Assembly (NCBI RefSeq): GCF_006345805.1
Contig: NW_021825563.1
Coordinates: 1 to 15,053 of the forward strand
Length of the DNA stretch: 15,053 bases
Source of the DNA: Octopus sinensis
Lineage: Eukaryota
Direction of reading: 5' to 3'
Positions within the stretch are counted from its first letter, which is position 1. Each line of letters begins with the position of its first letter. Positions 9,226-15,053 of the stretch are shown here, one piece after another. A program made the position numbers and the translations under genes. The notes below the pieces were generated by a model that saw only the letters and a list, made by a program, of their open reading frames with translations, was not told the origin of the DNA and made no database searches.

Positions 9226-9408
9226 TTTTCAACTCTTGGCACAAGGCCCAACATTTTGGGGGAGGGGCCAGTCGATTAGATCGAAGCTCAGTACGCAACT
9301 GGTACTTAATTTATCGACCCCGAAGGGCTGAAAGGTAAAGTCGACCTCGGCAGAATTTGAACTCAGAACGTAAAGACAGACGAAATACCGCTAAGCATTT
9401 CGCCCGGC
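9226..9408 (-). mobile_element. tRNA-derived SINE unit (5'-truncated, tail type A)
   Basis: The minus strand reads GCCGGGCGAAATGCTTAGCGGTATTTCG...GAGTTCAAATTCTG (B-box), then GCCTTTCA(G)CCCTTCGGGGTCGATAAATTAAGTACCAG, then the tail CCCCTCCCCCAAAATGTTGGGCCTTGTGCC. Confidence 0.85.
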
Positions 9409-9421
9409 CTCAAACCTTTCA

Positions 9422-9606
9422 TATTTCTTTATTGCCCACAATGAGCTAAACATAGAGAGGACAAACAAGGCCAGACAAAAGTATTATGTCGACTACATCG
9501 AGCCCAGTGCGTAAGTGGTACTTAATTTATCGACCCCGAAAGTATAAAAGGCAAAGTCGACCTCGGCAGAATTTGAACTCAGAACGTAAAGACAGAAGAA
9601 ATACCT
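9422..9606 (-). mobile_element. tRNA-derived SINE unit (5'-truncated, tail type B)
   Basis: Same B-box and central body as its neighbours; tail TTTGTCCTCTCTATGTTTAGCTCATTGTGGGCAATAAAGAAAT. Confidence 0.85.
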
Positions 9607-9831
9607 ATTTCTTTTCTACCCACAAAGGGGCTAAACACACAGAGGACAAACAAGGACAGACAAACGGATTAAGTCGATTATATCGACCCCAGTGCGTAAC
9701 TGGTACTTATTTAATCGACCCCGAAAGGATGAAAGGCAAAGTCGACCTCGGCGGAATTTGAACTCAGAACGTAACGGCAGACGAAATACTGCTAAGCATT
9801 TCGCCCGGCGTGCTAACGTTTCTGCCAGCTC
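9607..9831 (-). mobile_element. tRNA-derived SINE unit (near full length, tail type B)
   Basis: The minus strand reads GAGCTGGCAGAAACGTTAGCACGCCGGGCGAAATG (A-box-like TGGCAGAAACG), B-box GAGTTCAAATTCC, central GCCTTTCATCCTTTCGGGGTCGATTAAATAAGTACCAG, and tail ...GTGGGTAGAAAAGAAATA. Confidence 0.9.
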
Positions 9832-9879
9832 TAAGAATCATTCGTATTAAACAATCAATATTGGTTCTCAAACGTTCTT

Positions 9880-10170
9880 CAGTGACCATTCCTTGCCCAG
9901 TTTTACAAAATAATTGTGGTGGGAAACACAGTAGATCGTAACTGACAAGTTTTGCGTTGGTCGCGAATAAGAGCAGTCAACAATCCATGCAATTGATGAT
10001 TCTGCGGATGAGAGGGTTCCTTTCTTATTCACTTTAGAAGACTTCACATTTGTCATTACAATTGATGAGGATATCTTAGGGTACAGGTGCCATAGTCTTC
10101 AGCTTCGGTGCTTGCCTATGCTGTTGCATTCCCTTATAGATTCTATCGATCTTCACTTTTATATTGTTTC
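9880..10170 (-). pseudogene. Possible decayed LINE ORF2 C-terminus (Rex1/Babar-like)
   Basis: A minus-strand frame reads IRKEPSHPQNHQLHGLLTALIRDQRKTCQLRSTVFPTTIIL*N (~9901-10028). This resembles the 'KDPSHP...T.RL..SFFP..I.LLN' C-terminal pattern of Rex1-type RT proteins. Several stops and frameshifts are present. Confidence 0.35.
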
Positions 10171-10292
10171 ATCTGGGAGAGAAGGAAGAGAGAAAGAGAA
10201 TGAGAGACAGAAATTATTGAGAAATGGTGAAAAAACAAGTGAAAGACAACAGGCATGAAAAATTAATAGAGAATACTTAATGATTTGTTATA

Positions 10293-10320
10293 GGCGCAGG
10301 AGTGGTTGTGTGGTAAGTAG
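10293..10320 (+). mobile_element. Isolated 5' head fragment of the SINE family seen at 14921-15053
   Basis: GGCGCAGGAGTGGTTGTGTGGTAAGTAG versus GGCGTAGGAGTGGATGTGTGGTAAGTAG at 14921 (26/28 identical). Confidence 0.7.
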
Positions 10321-10512
10321 GTGGCATACTTCAGTATAGAGAGGACGGGTTTATTTTTTTCGCGGTGGAAGTCACGTCGGTGTGTGTCAGCGTCGTGAAA
10401 TAGTGAAGCACGACTACTAGGTAAGACATCTTTTGGGGGGGGGGACCTAGTAGCTTAGAATAGGCTCGAATTAGAGATTATTCTTTGTGGCTAATGGCGT
10501 GAGTCCTGATTG

Positions 10513-10623
10513 GAAGAAGAAGAAGAAGAAGAAGAAGAAGAAGAAGAAGAAGAAGAAGAAGAAGAAGAAGAAGAAGAAGAGGAGGAGGAGGAGGAGAAGA
10601 AGAAGAAGAAGAAGACGACGACG

Positions 10624-10654
<31 letters not shown>
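10513..10654. repeat. (GAA)n/(GGA)n/(GAC)n purine-rich trinucleotide tract
   Basis: Directly visible; it accounts for the poly-K/R and poly-S/P/L ORFs. Confidence 0.95.
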
Positions 10655-10655
<1 letters not shown>

Positions 10656-11024
10656 GAGTGCAGCATTTTTTAAATATCAGTTTTTGAGCGTTAGCACTTT
10701 CCTGATATGAAAGTTTTAGATTAAAAAGAACAAATTTTAAATGAAATATCTTTTTTTATTTGTTGTTCAGCTCCAGGATACCGCTTCATCGAGCAGACGT
10801 ATCATCAGAATCGTTTACCCATTCGTTCAATGCATCTTTCTCTTTTCTCCTAATTTGATATGAAAAAAAAAGGACAGAGGCAAAGGTTAGGAAGTACTCG
10901 GTTCGTTTCAAATTTGGTCAAAACTCTCAGACAACTTGAGTGATTGTCTTTACTGTAGCTTCAGATTGACCAATATCTTCAGGGTAGAACTCATTAAACG
11001 AGATATGAATAGAATTTCAAGCTG

Positions 11025-11039
11025 TGTGTATATATACAG

Positions 11040-11075
<36 letters not shown>

Positions 11076-11158
11076 TTTGTATGTTTACATATTATATTAT
11101 GTTATGTGTATATATATACATATAAATATTATATTATTAATATGCACATATATATATA

Positions 11159-11241
<83 letters not shown>

Positions 11242-11295
11242 ATATATATATAATATATATATAATATAACGTATGTATGTATATATATATATACC
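11025..11295. repeat. (TA)n/(TG)n microsatellite region
   Basis: Directly visible. Confidence 0.9.
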
Positions 11296-11322
11296 TATAA
11301 AATAATATGTTACATTACTCGA

Positions 11323-11396
11323 TAGTCAAGATAAAACTCTGAGTTTCAGATGCCGAAGTGGGAATCCACAACGTCATCTCTTCGGTTATCTGGCTA
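11323..11396 (-). ncRNA. Minimal type-I hammerhead ribozyme motif with CCGAAGA core variant and palindromic helix III
   Basis: The minus strand reads TAGCCAGATAA-CCGAAGA-GATG(acgttgtggattcccacttcgg)CATC-T-GAAAC-TC-A-GA-GTT-TTATCTTGACTA. Helix I (AGATAA/TTATCT) and helix II (GATG/CATC) are present; helix III is AACTC-A-GAGTT with a GUU cleavage triplet. Confidence 0.6.
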
Positions 11397-11422
11397 TTAC
11401 ATATATACATATATATATATAT

Positions 11423-11471
11423 TTTATTTAAAAGCAGTAGAAAATTCAATTTTCTGCTACTTTTAACTAAA
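11423..11471. other. 24-bp inverted repeat with 1-nt spacer (foldback junction)
   Basis: TTTATTTAAAAGCAGTAGAAAATT-C-AATTTTCTGCTACTTTTAACTAAA; the arms match at 21/24. Confidence 0.8.
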
Positions 11472-12025
11472 GCATATTACTCTACCCCTGGTATTTGAGT
11501 ACTCTTTTTTCCACCTTGTTTCACATTTACGTGTTTACTCCGGTATATATTCGTGTGTGAGTGTGTTGGTGCATGTGTCTATGTGTATATATACATATAG
11601 ACACAAACTGGAATGACCTCAGAAACAGTTGCATCTACTGACATATAATAGCTTTTGCATGCGTATTAATTTTTCCCTCTTCTTCGTGTAAAAACTAAAC
11701 CAACCGATTACGTGTGTATCACCGTGTGTGTCTGCATGTTCAACGTTTCTTTTCGTTATATTTTGCAAGTTTGAAAAAGGAAGAATTAAAAATCGCTATT
11801 TTCCTTTTTGTTTTTGCATTCGTGTGTGTGTGTATATGTACGCGTGTATATATGTATGTGTGTGCTGTATATGTAAAAGTATGCGGGTATGTGTGGACCT
11901 GTACGTATAATATATGCCATCCCCCAGGGCTTCTCTTTGTTTCTCTTATACTCAATATTCTCCAGCAGCTATCCAAAATTTGTCTACTATCATATTTTCT
12001 CTCATTCCGGTGCTTTCCTTCTTTA

Positions 12026-12027
<2 letters not shown>

Positions 12028-12106
<79 letters not shown>

Positions 12107-12191
12107 TTATCTATCTATCTATATCTATCTATCTATCTTCTCTTTCTTCTTTCTTTCTTTCTTTCTTCTTTCGTTCTATCTATCCACCAAT

Positions 12192-12240
<49 letters not shown>

Positions 12241-12262
12241 ATATGTATATATATATATATGT
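12028..12262. repeat. (TATC)n + (TTTC)n + (TA)n microsatellites
   Basis: Directly visible; they account for the IYLS-repeat ORFs. Confidence 0.95.
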
Positions 12263-13325
12263 AATATATGTGTGTGTGTGTATATGTGTATCTATGTATT
12301 TATGTTTGTATGCATGTATGTAAATAAGTGTGTATATACGAATGCAGGTATGAATATATGCTTGTATCCATGCGTGTATGGATACAAACATGCGTATATG
12401 TGTGCTTGTATATACGCCGCAGAATCCAGGAAACAGAACTTTTGTGCCAATGGTTCGGTAACTAACTTTCGTTTTCCGTGTGTGTATGCGTGTGTATGTA
12501 TGTATATGTTTGTGTGTGTACATATATATGTGTGTATGTCTATGTGTCTCCTTTCCGTTATTTTTCAAATTCATCTTCTCTGATGCGTTGCAACATCATC
12601 TTCTCTCTGACCATACTGTATCTTTTATATTAACATCTCTCCTTATATTTTAATCGCAGACACACGTTCTCTTCCATTGTCTGTCTTTCTATCTCATTCC
12701 CTGTCTCTCCTTCTTTCTCTCTCTCACTGTTTGCCACTGTCTCTATCCCTCCCTCTCTCCCTTAGTGGTTCTTACGTTTTCTACATTCTTTCTAATCTAT
12801 CTTTCATCCAATAATCACCCGCTGTCTCCTTATCTTCGGGCAAATTGCACCAATTTCCATTTTCTCAATTCTGGAGGAAAGAGATCGATAATGATATATT
12901 AATTGTTATTAATCTTTGTTTCAATATCAGCTTTCTCTTTTCCTTCCACGCACCAAATCTCCCTCACTCTCAGTCCCTCTTTCACTCCCACTTTCTCTCT
13001 CATTCTCTCTCATTCTCTCTCTCTTTATCTATTTATGTATATATATATTCATATATATATATTCATCATATATATATATGTATGTGTGTATATATATATA
13101 TATATATGCACACACACATGCATATTGTTAGTTTGATGGCGTGATGAGAAGAATTTAGGAGACAAAATGTGCTTACATTTCATTTTTTGCATTATGTATT
13201 TTTCATTCATGATCACGAAGAAATGGGGCGTCTAAAACACACATGCAAGCACATACAACTACATACAAGCTCACACGCATATATCTGTATCTACATACAT
13301 ATACGTTCGTACGTATGTATTATAT

Positions 13326-13330
<5 letters not shown>

Positions 13331-13364
<34 letters not shown>
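13331..13364. repeat. (GT)n microsatellite
   Basis: Directly visible. Confidence 0.9.
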
Positions 13365-13365
<1 letters not shown>

Positions 13366-13907
13366 GTCGGTTGATCGACCCTCCCTTTTTTATGACGAAG
13401 AGATTTACGCTGTTCGTTAAAGTGAAAGTAAAACTATAAACGTAAGGGAAACTTTAAACTTGTGTTCGACAACATGATTTACAAGCTCAATCAGTATGAT
13501 ACAAATTTTGACGGGATAGGATCTTGAAATTGTGAATTTATGTACGTATGCATATTTCAAATAATTTGTACTCTAGTAAACCAAATTTACTTGGGTCATT
13601 TCATTTTAGTGGTAAGAAAAGTTTATACATGGATTGTGTAATTAATTTCTGCAATTTGTAAAAAGTAACTATTGTTTAGCCAAAAGCACTGCAATAGTTA
13701 CTTGAAAAATTTTACTGATTACGAAAGCAATTCATACAGACTAATTATTTAAATTATATATTAGTACAGGCCTTCAAGAAAAGATTATTTTCACAGAAAA
13801 TAAATTTAAAGTTTGAGTTTTCTATTAAAGTAACGCAAACAGGATATTGAGATTCTATTAGTTCTGCTAATGAACGCAGACAGGGTAAGTAGGCATACAT
13901 ATGTGTG

Positions 13908-14011
<104 letters not shown>

Positions 14012-14156
14012 CATGTGTGTGTGTATAGAAGTGTACAGTGTTATATACCCCTTACGGCTGATCCTACCAATCGGTTTCGCATTAAGATTCAACGGATTGT
14101 TAGGTAATACTCCGATTATGTAACCTTCCACTTATTAGAGGTAGCCGTTTTACATA

Positions 14157-14198
<42 letters not shown>

Positions 14199-14920
14199 TG
14201 ATAGACAGAACAGAGAGACAGACTGACAGAACAGAGACGGGGAAGAGAGATAAAGAGGCAGAGGGAGAAGAAGAGAGAGTGATACTGCCCGAGTGTCGAA
14301 TATCGAAACCATGATGATACTGGTTTGGCAGCTGCTGATGGGGACACATGGTTGTTTTTGAGTTTCTTATAAGTCAGTCTCGTTATTCTACAGCATCTCG
14401 TAAAGTTGAAATTGGTTGTGGATCCATGGTTTGTGTAGAATATTTTCATTAATATTGGTCGCTTTTCATCATAGATAACCTTATTAGGCTTACACAACGC
14501 GTATGTGTCTAAGTAGAGAGAGAGAGTGAGCGAGCGCGAGAGGTGAGATGGGAGAGAAAGAGAAATAATGTGTGAGTAGGGCGTCGAGAGCAAGTTATTC
14601 TGTGCACACGTTTGTATATAAATAAGTTTATTCCATTCTACTTTTGGCCTGAAGTTGAAATTTATTGCTTGATATTACTAAATTACATTCTTTCTTTTAG
14701 TGTGATCTCTTCTATATTGTTGGTACTCTGAGCAGTTTGATCAGTACAATGAAGTGAAGGCAAACTGTTACTGCGAGAGATTCGATCTAAGTCTAACGCG
14801 TTAAGCTTATAGTCAAATATATCACTACTCAATATAAAATGCAGAATAGCACCGCTATTCTTATTGATGACAATATGTACTGCAACGATTGAAACCAGGA
14901 ATGTGTGGTAGTTTTAAAAC

Positions 14921-15053
14921 GGCGTAGGAGTGGATGTGTGGTAAGTAGCTTGCTTGCCAGCCACATGGTTCCGGTTCAGTCCCACTGCGTAGCACTTTTT
15001 GCAAGTGTCTTCTACTATAGCCTCAGGTCAACCAAAGCCTTGTTAGTGGATTT
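14921..15053 (+). mobile_element. tRNA-derived CORE-like SINE (runs off the window end)
   Basis: A-box-like GTGGATGTGTGGTAAG, B-box-like GGTTCAGTCCC (14973-14983), then GCAAGTGTCTTCTACTATAGCCTCAGGTCAACCAAAGCCTTG, which resembles the abundant octopus CORE-type SINE (from recollection). Confidence 0.8.

Noticed and set aside
10478-10687. Poly-K/R and poly-S/P/L ORFs
   Set aside because: Translations of the (GAA)n tract.
10940-10990. Minus-strand CTGAAGA-TATTG-GT-CAATCT-GAAGC
   Set aside because: GAAG instead of GAAA and no helix I; not a hammerhead.
13843-13890. Consensus donor AGG/GTAAGT with a possible 42-nt exon (DIEILLVLLMNADR)
   Set aside because: The acceptor lacks a polypyrimidine tract, the longer alternative exon has stops in all frames, and there is no homology clue. 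It needs RNA-seq.
14397-14455. SRKVEIGCGSMVC after an acceptor-like TTATTCTACAG, resembling a SAM-binding motif I
   Set aside because: The frame closes after a few codons, there is no good donor, and the motif lacks the final Gly; probably chance.

Overview
Eukaryotic, AT-rich, gene-poor DNA crowded with microsatellites and retroelement relics. No intact protein-coding gene, rRNA, tRNA gene or CRISPR array is supported, and almost all entries in the ORF track are microsatellite read-throughs. The SINE types and repeat density resemble a coleoid cephalopod (Octopus-like) genome; this is from recollection of such repeats, not a database search. Recognisable content: (1) several tRNA-derived SINEs, including a head-to-tail trimer at ~9226-9831; (2) a decayed LINE ORF1 with a CCHC zinc knuckle (2742-3291), in an element with no detectable ORF2 whose apparent 3' end (4033-4086) matches the 3' tail of two SINE units; (3) a ~360 bp foldback palindrome (1301-1664); (4) a possible GIY-YIG (Penelope-like) endonuclease relic (~8580-9206); (5) two good minimal type-I hammerhead ribozyme motifs and one weak one, all on the minus strand. 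One of them lies at the 3' end of an element with a tRNA-derived SINE head. The most interesting hypothesis is a set of non-autonomous, hammerhead-bearing retroposons of Penelope-like type, including a SINE-head/ribozyme-tail chimera, plus a SINE whose tail comes from an L1/Tx1-like LINE.
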